From positions 72,852,001 to 72,916,000 of the forward strand of contig OZ076409.1 in assembly GCA_964187785.1 (NCBI GenBank): 64,000 nt of DNA. The letters run 5' to 3'. The stretch is from Amphiscolops sp. MND2022 (Eukaryota). Position 1 is the stretch's first letter. Each line of letters opens with the position of its first letter. Positions 1 to 11,500 of the stretch are shown here, piece by piece. The notes below the pieces were generated by a model. The model saw only the letters and a program-made list of their open reading frames with translations. It was not told the origin of the DNA and did no database searches. A program made the translations under genes and the position numbers.

Positions 1-1188
1 CGGTAGCTGCTAGGTGGCCGGAAATTTTTTTTTCATCAAAATCTTTGCCATTGGGGGAGGGGCCCCGGATGGCCAGTAGTACGGGATAGCTTCCTACCAA
101 ATCCAGGCGGAAAAAACGTGATTTCGGAAACTAGCCGTCAGAATTTGCTCAAATTTTGCATACGGCTTCCCATGACAATCCTAAGAACTAATCCCTACTG
201 GCATTTTGCCCAAAAAACGCAAAAAGTTGGTCAAAATCTTAGTTTTTTGGTCAAAAAATGGCGTTTTTTCGAAAAAAAAATTTTTCTGAGACAATTACTC
301 GTAACTGGTTCACCCAGCGCAAAAACGCCCAGCTGATTTATTGTTGGGCACTTCATGAGGAGTGCGTATACAAATTTTCGTCCAGATCGGAAAAAAAATG
401 ACTAAGTATTAGCCGGAATTCGGACGCATTTTTTCGCAAATTTTTGAAAACCTAGTCTATCTCTGCCGTTTTTTGCCCAGATTTTTTTCCAGGTCCTCTC
501 CTAAAAGCCTCCCCTGGCCGGTTTACTTCCCAGAAAAACCAATTGGCCCTAAATACGGAGTTTCAGCGTTCTAGCATTCCCGGGCGAAAAGATGTGGGAC
601 TTAGAAAAAATTCAAAATTTTTCAAAAAATTTTTTTTCGTTTTCCGGCCCCCCAATGAAGGGGAACGACCCCCCAACGAGGATTTTTGGTGAATTCACGT
701 GGAAAGGCCTTGTTTTGTGGAGCAAATTGCCGTTTAGAGCAACTTTTTATCTTAACTTGACGTTGACCTCTGTCGTTTTGAATTTGATATTAGTATGTGT
801 TGAGCATGTGAAAAGTTGATGATTTCAGTTGTTCTCTCGTGTTCAAGCCATTGAGATACAAGCGGTAGTGATCAAAATGTGATTTATCGCACTTTGATGG
901 TGCTTTTGGTGTATTTTGATTCTTTTAAATAAAAAGTTGTTCTTTATATTTTTGGTGTATTGATTCAAATGAACAAGAAACAGTTGAGTACATTTCATCT
1001 CCCCCCTTGTGGGGGAGATGAGGATGTACCCGCTAAATGACACGCACAATGGCCTAATTTTATTTTTATGCGACATTTTCTAGGCTTTTGCGCAAGCCCA
1101 CTAAAATTTAGACTGGTTTCCTTTTCTTTTACTCCAAAATTTTCCGTACTAACCACCTTACGCACCACCAGCTCAACGTAACATCTGT

Positions 1189-1262
1189 AACGTCAACGCC
1201 ACACACTCTCACTAACGCCCACCGTCCGTGGGCATGCCGAGGCATGCCCTTCGACGACGTAT
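1189..1262 (+). other. Conserved terminal core (representative of 45 copies): two AACGCC direct repeats followed by a palindromic hairpin
   Basis: GGGCATGCC(1230-1238)-GA-GGCATGCCC(1241-1249), extendable by CGTC(1223-1226)/GACG(1253-1256); almost invariant across all three classes. Confidence 0.95.
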
Positions 1263-1295
1263 GCCAAATAGCGCCACAGGGCGCAAACATTCCCG

Positions 1296-1302
1296 CTAGG
1301 TG
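1296..1302 (+). other. Cassette junction heptamer CTAGGTG (representative of 46)
   Basis: Invariant at every unit boundary while both flanks vary. Confidence 0.93.
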
Positions 1303-3545
1303 GCCGTGTCTTTTCGACGTGCTTTTGCATTGAGGAGTGGGTAGGGCCCCGCGACGACCTAGAAGAATTGGATGCTCACCGAAACGTGCAGAATTCTACG
1401 AGATCTCATAGTTTGAGCCATACGATTTTTCTGAAATTTGGCATGTGGCCTGGAATTGGTGAGTAGGTAAAACGTGTAGAAGGTAATTTTTCCCAAATTC
1501 CACTGTGAGACGAGATATGGGCAAATAACGGTCCCAAAAATGGCAAAAATGCACTTTTTTCAACTTTGTCAGCCCATATCTCGTTCCCAGGTGCCCGGAG
1601 CGGGACGCGTTAAGCTGATTATAAACTCTAGGGTGTTGAGGCTGTACGGGGAAGTCAGGCCCGTTCCGATCGGACTTGTAGTCTTGGAGAAATAACGGTA
1701 TTTTTGGGGAACCTTTTCTAACGGTCCAGCTTATCTTTGCCATTTTTTCGAAAATGTACTAGCCTAAAGGCCTCCCCCTGGCCGAATTTACTCCCAGCAA
1801 AACGATTTGGCCCTAAATACGGAGTTTCAGCGTTCCAGCATTCCCGGGCGAAAAGTTGTGGGACTTGGAAAATTTTCAAAATTTTTCAAATTTTTTTTTT
1901 CGTTTTCCGGGCCCCCAATGAAGGGGAAACGACCCCCCAACCAGTATTTTGAGTGAATTCATGTGGAAAGCCCTTGTTTTGACGAGAAAAGTACCGTTTA
2001 GAACATCTTTTTATCTTGACTCAACGTTGACTTATGACGTTTTGAATGTGATGTAAGGATGTAGGAGGCATGTGATAAGTTGATGTTTTGAGTCTTTATC
2101 TCATATGAAAGCGGTTGAGATGCAAGCTGTCCTGCTCAAAACGTCTTTCGTTGTAATTTTCCAGTGCACCAATACCTTTTGGTGTCATATAAACATACTT
2201 TTCGTCGATATATTAACAATTTTAATGTATTTATTCCAATTTTTATTATCTTTTAACTCAAAACAGTTGAGTACATTTCATCTCCCTTTCGGGGGAGATG
2301 AGAATGTACTTGCTAAAGACCTAGCGCCATGACCAAAAGTTTGAAACCCACGTTTTTTATCTTCTTACAGACTTGTTTTTGTATTTTTTCGGAATTTTTT
2401 AAAAATTAATATACTTGAAATACATTACTTGACTTTACTACTACAATCCACCTCCAACGTCAACGCCCCCTTGCTTGCATCAACGCCCACCGTCCGTGGG
2501 CATGCCGAGGCATGCCCTTCGACGACGTATGCCAAATGCCCAGTGCCACGCAGTCATTATCGCTAGGTGGCCGTGTCTTTTCGACGTGCTTTTGCATCGA
2601 GGAGTGGGTAGGGCCCCGCGACGACCTAGAAGAATTGGATGCTCACCGAAACGTGCAGAATTCTACGAGATCTCATAGTTTGAGCCATACGATTTTTCTG
2701 AAATTTGGCATGTGGCCTGGAATTGGTGAGTAGGTAAAACGTGTAGGAGGTAATTTTTCCCAAATTCCATTGTGAGAGGAGATATGGGCAAATAACGGAC
2801 CCAAAAATGGGGAAAATGCACTTTTTTCAAGTTTGTCAGCCAATATCTCATTTCCAGGTGCCCGTAGCGTTCCGCACGTGGACATCAATATTGCTCAGCG
2901 CTGTTAGAAGAGTGCGTGGACAAATTTTGGTTCAAATCGGACTGAAACTTGGCGAGAAATTAACGGTTTTTTGGGCGTTTCCGGGGTAAATTTTTTAACG
3001 GTCCAGCTTATCTTTGCCATTTTTTCGAAAATGTACTTGCCTAAAGGCCTCCCCCTGGCCGAATTTCTTCCAAGCAAACCCATTTGGCCCTAAATACGGA
3101 GTTTCAGCGTTCCAGCATTTCCGGGCGAAAAGTTGTGGGACTTAGAAAAATTTCAAAATTTTTCAAAAAATTTTTTTTCCGTTTTCCGCCCCCCCCAGAG
3201 GGGAAAAGACCCCCCAACCAGTATTTTGAGGGATTGCATGTCGAAAGCCCTTGTTTTGACGAGAAAAATACCGTTTAGAACATCTTTTTATTTTAACTTG
3301 ACGTTGACTAATGACGTTTTGAATGTGATGTTTGGACGTCTGAGGCATGTGAAAAGTTGATGTTTTGAGTCTTTATCTCATGTGAAAGCGATTGAGATGC
3401 AAGCTGTACTGCTCAAAACGTCTTTCGTTGTAGTTTTCCAGTGCCGCAATAACCTTTGATGTCATTTGAATATACTTTTCTTCGATATATTAACAATTTT
3501 ATTGTATTTATTCCAATTTTTGTTATCTTATAACTCAAAACAGTT

Positions 3546-3588
3546 GAGTACATTTCATCTCCCTTTCGGGGGAGATGAGAATGTACTC
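3546..3588. repeat. Class-A subterminal long hairpin (representative)
   Basis: GAGTACATT-TCATCTCCC...GGGAGATGA-G-AATGTACTC, about 19-bp stem with one bulge, about 190 nt upstream of the core. Confidence 0.92.
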
Positions 3589-5230
3589 GCTAAAAACCTA
3601 GTGCTATTGCGCCGCAATGATTGCAAAAGTTGTTTTTACTGCTGTTCCACAAGCATTTTTAAACTGACTTTTTTAAAACTATTAATTAACTTAAAGTACA
3701 TTACTTGAACTTACTACTAATACCACCTATCTCTAACGTCAACGCCCCCCTGCTTGCATCAACGCCCACCGTCCGTGGGCATGCCGAGGCATGCCCTTCG
3801 ACGACGTATGCCAAATGCCCAGTGCCACGCAGTCTTTTCCCGCTAGGTGGCCGTGTCTTTTCGACGTGCTTTTGCATTGAGGAGTGGGTAGGGCCCCGCG
3901 ACGACCTAGAAGAATTGGATGCTCACCGAAACGTGCAGAATTCTACGAGATCTCATAGTTTGAGCCATACGATTTTTCTGAAATTTGGCATGTGGCCTGG
4001 AATTGGTGAGTAGGTAAAACGTGTAGGAGGTAATTTTTCCCAAATTCCATTGTGAGAGGAGATATGGGCAAATAACGGACCCAAAAATGGGGAAAATGCA
4101 CTTTTTTCAAGTTTGTCAGCCAAAATCTCATTTCCAGGTGCCCGTAGCGTCCCGCACGTGGACGTCAATATTGCTCAGCGCTGTTAGAGGAGTGCGTGGA
4201 CAAATTTTGGTTGAAATCGGACGAAAACGTGAGGAGAAATTAACGGTTTTCCGGGTGTTTCCGGGTTGAAATTTTTAACGGTCCAGCTTATCTTTGCCAT
4301 TTTTTCGAAAATGTACTTGCCTAAAGGCCTCCCCCTGGCCGAATTTCCTCCCAGCAAACCCATTTGGCCCTAAATACGGAGTTTCAGCGTTCCAGCATTT
4401 CCGGGCGAAAAGTTGTGGGACTTAGAAAAATTTCAAAATTTTTCAAAAAATTTTTTTTCGTTTTCCGGGCCCCCAATGAAGGGGAACGACCCCCCAACCA
4501 GTATTTTGAGTGATTGCATATCGAAAGCCCTTGTTTTGACGAGAAAAATACCGTTTCGAACATCTTTTTATTTTAACTTGGCGTTGACTTATGACGTTTT
4601 GAATGTGATGTTAGGATGTGTGAGGCATGTGAAAAGTTGATGTTTTGAGTCTTTATCTCATGTGAAAGCGATTGAGATACAAGCTGTTTCGCTCAAAACG
4701 GGTTTCATCGTAATTTCGCAGTGCATCATTGACCTTTGTTGTCTTTTGAAGAATTTTTTCTTCATATAACAACAATTTTGGTGTATTTCTTCCAATTTTT
4801 CTCATCTTCTAATTTGAAACAGTTGAGTACATTTCATCTCCCTTTCGGGGGAGATGAGAATGTACTCGCTAAAAACCTAGTGCTTTTGCGCCGCAATGTT
4901 TGCAAAAGTTGTTATTATTGCTGTTCCATCAGCATTTTCTAACTGACTTTTTTAAAACTATCAATTAACTTGAAGTACATTACTTGAACTTACTACTAAT
5001 ACCATACATCTCTAACGACAACGCACCCTGCTTGCATCAACGCCCACCGTCCGTGGGCATGCCGAGGCATGCCCTTCGACGACGTATGCCAAATACCAAA
5101 TGCCACGCTGTCATTCTCGCTAGGTGCCGGGATTTCTATTCGATAAAGTATGTGGCGCGTGTGGGTAGGGTCCCTGGCGCGCTCTTGGGTATGGTGTTCA
5201 CCAGCTAGGAAATAGGGGTCGATTTTTCGG

Positions 5231-5510
5231 GATCTCCTAAACTAGCCACACGATTTGGCTGAAATTTGGCACACGTACTCCCCTCGGCACGGTGAAGATG
5301 ATTTCCTACTGACGTTTTGCTCGCTAAACATTTTTTGTTGACCAAAATAACGGTTTTTGGGGGAAAATTTTGAACTTTTTTTAAATTTCATCTTATATCT
5401 CGCCACGGGTTTACGCTAGCGCTTCAAAACCCTGCTAAAGAAAGCTTGCAAACTGTCTCAGGAATGCGGTGTGAAATTTTCAGCTCAATCGGACTTAAAC
5501 TCAGGGAGAT
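5231..5510. repeat. Inverted pair of the bipartite motif ATCTC-N14-CGATTnnGCTGAAA(A/T)TT (representative)
   Basis: Forward copy 5231-5271 GATCTC..CGATTTGGCTGAAATTTGGCA; reverse copy 5471-5510 GTGAAATTTTCAGCTCAATCG..GAGAT; both have the same 14-nt spacer. Confidence 0.75.
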
Positions 5511-8500
5511 ATAGCGTTTTTCCGGAGCGGGGGGGTTTCATTTTTCTAACGGTCCAGCTTATCTTTGCCATTTTTTCGAAAATGCACTCGCCTAAAGGCC
5601 TCCCCTGGCCGGTTTTATTCCCAGCAAAACCATTTGGCCCTAAATACGGAGTTTCAGCGTTCCAGCATTCCCGGGCGAAAAGTTGTGGGACTTAGAAAAG
5701 TTCAAAAATTTTCAAAAAATTTTTTTCCGTTTTCCGCCCTCCCCCCCTAGGGGAAAAGACCCCCCAACCAGTAATTTGAGTGAATTCATGTGGAAAGGCC
5801 ATGTTTAGAGGAGAAAAATGCCGTTTAGAACGTCTTTCTATCTCAACCTGACATTGACTTATGAAGCTTTAAAGGTGATGTTTGGACGTGTGAAGCATGT
5901 AAAAAAAGGAATTTTTTGATTTTATTTCATCAGAAAGTCATTGAATCACACGCTGTGAAGCCCAGAGCGTGGTTTCTAATAGTTTGGTATCGTTTAAACG
6001 CATTTTGGTGTCTTTTTACTCTGTTTAAAAAACTTTTCTCCTGAAAATTAATAAATTTTGATTACTTTTCTTACTTTCCATTAATTTTTTTTTCTTATAT
6101 TTTTACTTGAAACAGTTGAGTACATTCCATCGCCCTTCCCGGGGGAGATGAGAATGTACTCGCAAAAAGCCGCGAACTACGGCCCATACCTTCCCGAGAT
6201 ACGCAGTATAAAGATAACATAATGGTCCAGACTTTTTAATGGAGTTGTATCTTGGTAATATGTCTGGATTTGCAGAAAAATCAGCACGTGCCATTTTATA
6301 CCAAGTTGCTCGCAACGACAATTAATTTAAATCAACGCCCCCCACAAAAATCAACGCCCCCCGTCCGTGGGCATGCCGAGGCATGCCCTTCGACGACGTG
6401 CACCAAAATATGCTCCCAAGCGCGTTAGCCTAGGTGCCGGTGTTTTTTTACACAAAGGGGGATGTTGCGCGTGTGGGGAGGGTCCCTGACGCGCTCCCGG
6501 GATTTCGGATTTTTTAACCTTTACGTACCCATCAAAAATTTTGGGATCTCGAAAACTAGCCGTACGATTTGGCTGAAATTTGGCACACGTACCCCCCTCG
6601 GCACGGTGAAGATGATTCCCTACTGACGTTTTGCTCGCTAAACATTTTTTGTTGACCAAAATAACGGTTTTTGGGGTAAAATTTTCAATTTTTTTTAAAT
6701 TTCATCTTATATCTCGCCACGGGTTTACGCTAGCGCTTCCAAACCTTGCTGACGAAACCTTGCAAACTGTCTCAGGAATGCGGTGTGAAATTTTCAGCTC
6801 AATCGGACTTAAACTCGAGGAGATATAGCGTTTTTCCGGAGCGGGGGGGTTTCATTTTTCTAACGGTCCAGCTTATCTTTGCCATTTTTTCAAAAATGCA
6901 CTCGCCTAAAGGCCTCCCCTGGCCGGTTTTATTCCCAGCAAAACCATTTGGCCCTAAATACGGAGTTTCAGCGTTCCAGCATTCCCGGGCGAAAAGTTGT
7001 GGGACTTAGAAAATTTCAAATATTTTCAAAAAAATTTTTTTCCGTTATTTGGGCCCCCAAAGTGGGGGAAAAGACCCCCCAACCAGTAAAGCAAGTGAAT
7101 GCATGTGGAAAGCCCTTGTTTAGAGGAGAAATATGCCGTTTAGAACGTCTTTTTATCTTGGCTCAACGTTGACTTATGACGTTTTGAAGGTGATGTTTGG
7201 GTGTGTGAAGCACGTGAATAGTAAACGTTATGAGTGTTTATCTGATCTGAAAGCCATTGAGATGCAATATGGTTTGCTCAAAACGTAATTCATTGCAGTT
7301 TGGCAATCAATCAACACCCTTTGTTGTCGTTTGACATACTTTTTTGTTGTTAAAATAAAAAATTTTGTGTATTTATTCTTTTTTTTCTCATCAAATAACT
7401 TGAAACAGTTGAGTACATTCCATCCCCCCCTTCCGGGGGAGATGAGAATGTACTCGCAAAAAGCACCGAACTACGGCCCTTACCTTCCCGAGCTACGCAG
7501 TATAAGGATTACATATTGGTTCCGACATTTTCATAGAGTTATATCTTGGTAATCTGTCTGGATATGCCGAAAAATCAGCACGTGCCTTTTAATACCAAGT
7601 TGCTCACAACGACAATTATTTTATATCAACGCCCCCATATTTATCAACGCCCCCCGTCCGTGGGCATGCCGAGGCATGCCCTTCGACGACCCGCACCAAA
7701 ATATGCGTTAGCGCGGTAGCAGCTAGGTGCCGGGATTTTCTATTCGACAAGTTTGCGCGCCTTGGGGAGGGTCCCTTTGCGCGCTTTAAGATCCAGGTGT
7801 TTCCAACTCCTAAACGGGCATGTGATTTCGACGATCTCCTAAACTAGCCATACGATTTGGCTGAAATTTGGCACACGTACCCCCCTCGGCACGGTGAAGA
7901 TGATTCCCTACTGACGTTTTTCCCGCTAAACATTTTTTGTTGACCAAAATAACGGTTTTTGGGGTAAATTTTTGAACTTTTTTTAAATTTCATCTTATAT
8001 CTCGCCACGGGTACACGCTAGCGCTTCCAAACCTTGCTGACGAAAGTTTGCAAACTGTCTCAGGAATGCTGTGTGAAATTTTCAGCTCAATCGGACTCAA
8101 ACTCGAGGAGATATAGCGTTTTTCCGGAGCGGGGGGGTTTCATTTTTCTAACGGTCCAGCTTATCTTTGCCATTTTTTCGAAAATGCACTCGCCTAAAGG
8201 CCTCCCCTGGCCAGTTTTATTCCCAGCAAAACCATTTGGCCCTAAATACGGAGTTTCAGCGTTCCAGCATTCCCGGGCGAAAAGTTGTGGGACTTAGAAT
8301 TTTTCAAAAATTTTCAAAAAAATTTTTTTCCGTTATTTGGGCCCCCAAAGTGGGGGAAAGCACCCCCCAACCATTAAAGCAAGTGAATGCATGTGGAAAG
8401 CCCTTGTTTAGACAAGAAAAATGGCGTTTAGAACGTCTTTTTATCTTAACTTGACATTGACTTTTGTCGTTTTGAATGTGACCGTTAGATACAGAAAATT

Positions 8501-11500
8501 GATATTTTGAGTATTTATCCCATCTGAAAGCCATTGAGATACAACATGTTTTGCTCAAAACGTGTTTCATTGCAGTTCCGCTGTCTATTGACACCCTTTG
8601 ATGTCTTTTGACGTAATTTTCTTTTCTATAATAACAATTTTTTTGTGTATTTATTCATTTTTTTCTCATCAAATAACTTGAAACAGTTGAGTACATTCCA
8701 TCTCCCTTCCCGGGGGAGATGAGAATGTACTCGCTAAAGGTCAGGAACTACGGTCTATATCTTCCACAACACAAAAGCAATTGAAAATTGTTTCAGTTTG
8801 TTGCAGAAAACTTTTCTTTTTGCACTCAGTGACTCGGCAAAGTGAACGATTTTGACCCATATTGAATCTTACTTTACCACAACTCATCTCTAACGTCAAC
8901 GCCCCCCACACACATCAACGCCCCCCGTCCGTGGGCATGCCGAGGCATGCCCTTCGACGACGTATAGCAAAATATATTCGAACGCGGTAGCGGCTAGGTG
9001 CCGGTGTTTTTTTACACAAAGGGGGATGTTGCGCGTGTGGGGAGGGTCCCTGACGCGCTCCCGGGATTTCGGATTTTTTAACCTTTACGTACCCATCAAA
9101 AATTTTGGGATCTCGAAAACTAGCCGTACGATTTGGCTGAAATTTGGCACACGTACCCCCCTCGGCACGGTGAAGATGATTCCCTACTGACGTTTTTCCC
9201 GCTAAACATTTTTTGTTGACCAAAATAACGGTTTTTGGGGTAAAATTTTCAACTTTTTTTAAATTTCATCTTATATCTCGCCACGGGTACACGCTAGCGC
9301 TTCCGAACCTTGCTGACGAAAGTTTGCAAACTGTCTCAGGAATGCTGTGTGAAATTTTCAGCTCAATCGGACTCAAACTCGAGGAGATATAGCGTTTTTC
9401 CGGAGCGGGGGGGTTTCATTTTTCTAACGGTCCAGCTTATCTTTGCCATTTTTTTCGAAAATGCACTCGCCTAAAGGCCTCCCCTGGCCGGTTTTATTCC
9501 CAGCAAAACCATTTGGCCCTAAATACGGAGTTTCAGCGTTCCAGCATTCCCGGGCAAAAAGTTGTGGGACTTAGAATAGTTCAAAAATTTTCAAAAATTT
9601 TTTTTTCCGTTTTCCGCCCTCCCCCCCTAGGGGAAAAGACCCCCCAACCAGTAATTTGAGTGAATTCATGTGGAAAGGCCATGTTTAGAGGAGAAAAATG
9701 CCGTTTAGAACGTCTTTTTATCTTGGCTCAACGTTGACTTATGACGTTTTGAAGGTGATGTTTGGAGGTGTGAAGCACGTGAAAAGTAAACGTTATGAGT
9801 ATTTATCTGATCTGAAAGCCATTGAGATGCAATCTGTTTTGCTCAAAACGTAATTCATATCCGTTTGGTAGTCAATCAACACCCTTTGTTGTCATTTGAC
9901 ATCTTTTTTTGTTGATATAAGAAAAAATTTTGTGTATTTATTCATTTATTTCTCATCAAATAACTTGAAACAGTTGAGTACATTCCATCCCCCCTTCACG
10001 GGGGAGATGAGAATGTACTCGCAAAAAGCCCCAAACTACGGCCCTTACCTTCCTGAGCTACGCAGTATAAAGATTGCATATTGGTTCCGACATTTTGATA
10101 GAGTTATATCTTGGTAATCTGTCTGGGTATGCAGAAAAACCAGCACGTGCTTTTTTATACCAAGTTGCTCACAACTACATTTATTTTATATCAACGCCCC
10201 CATATTTATCAACGCCCCCCGTCCGTGGGCATGCCGAGGCATGCCCTTCGACGACGTGCACCAAGATATACCTGGAGCGCGTTAGCCTAGGTGGCCGTGT
10301 CTTTTCGACGTGCTTTTGCATTGAGGAGAGGGTAGGGCCCCGCGACGACCTAGAAGAATTGGATGCTCACCGAAACGTGCAGAATTCTACGAGATCTCAT
10401 AGTTTGAGCCATACGATTTTTCTGAAATTTGGCATGTGGCCTGGAATTGGTGAGTAGGTAAAACGTGTAGAAGGTAATTTTTCCCAAATTCCACTGTGAG
10501 AGGAGATATGGGCAAATAACGGACCCAAAAATGGCAAAAATGCACATTTTTCAACTTTGTCAGCCAATATCTCTTTTCCAGGTGCCCGTAGCGTTCCGCA
10601 CGTGGACATCAATATTGCTCAGCGCTGTTGGAGGAGTGCGTGGACAAATTTTGGTTTAAATCGGACTTAAACTTGACGAGAAATTAACGGTTTTTTGGGC
10701 GTTTCCGGGGTAAATTTTTTAACGGTCCAGCTTATCTTTGCCATTTTTTCGAAAATGTACATGCCTAAAGGCCTCCCCTGGCCGAATTTACTCCCAGCAA
10801 ACTCATTTGGCCCTAAATACGGAGTTTCAGCGTTCCAGCATTCCGGGGCGGAAAGTTGTGGGACTTGGAAAAATTTCAAAATTTTTTCAAAATTTTTTTT
10901 CCCGTTTTCCGGGCCCCCAATGAAGGGGAACGACCCCCCAACCAGTATTTTGAGTGAATTCATGTGGAACGCCCATGTTTGGAGGAGAAAAATGCCGTTT
11001 AGCACATCTTTTTATCTTAACTTGACATTGACTTATGACGTTTTGAATGTGATGTTAGGATATATGAAGCATGTTAAAAGTTGAAGTTTTGAGTCTTTAT
11101 CTCATCGGAAAACCATTGAGATACAAGCAGTTTTGCTAAAAACGATTTTCATTGTAGGTTAGCAGAGTATTAGTACACTTTGATGTCATTTGAGTATTTT
11201 TTTCTTCTATATAATAACTGTTTTTATGTATTTATTCCAATTTATCTCATCTTTTAACATCAAGCAGTTGAGTACATTTCATCTCCCTTTCGGGGGAGAT
11301 GAGAATGTACTCGCTAAAAACCTAATGCTATGGCGCCAATGTTTGGATGGGAAGTTTTCTATGCTTTGAAAAAAGTTATTTTTAATTACTTGATTTTTTA
11401 AAACAATAATTAACATGAAGTACATTACTTGCTCCTACTACTACCACCATACATCTCTAACGTCAACGCCCCCTGCTTGCATCAACGCCCCATCGTCCGT

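Noticed and set aside
1213..1302. CRISPR array (palindromic repeat plus variable segment)
   Set aside because: The period is 1.3-2 kb, the variable tails are related to each other and reused, and no cas genes are present.
1223..1302. Bacterial integron attC sites
   Set aside because: No RYYYAAC...GTTRRRY-bounded site at the junction, no cassette ORFs and no intI gene. The integron comparison is architectural only.
1296..1400. Spliced-leader RNA, 5S, snRNA or rDNA tandem gene array (AG/GT at the junction looks like a splice donor)
   Set aside because: The sequence immediately upstream of AG/GT is the most variable part, unlike an SL exon, and I recognise no 5S, snRNA or rRNA sequence. An Rfam search would settle it.
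3546..3588. Hammerhead ribozyme/retrozyme or Rho-independent terminator
   Set aside because: No CTGANGA...GAAA catalytic core in the right arrangement, no U-tract after the stem and no upstream gene.
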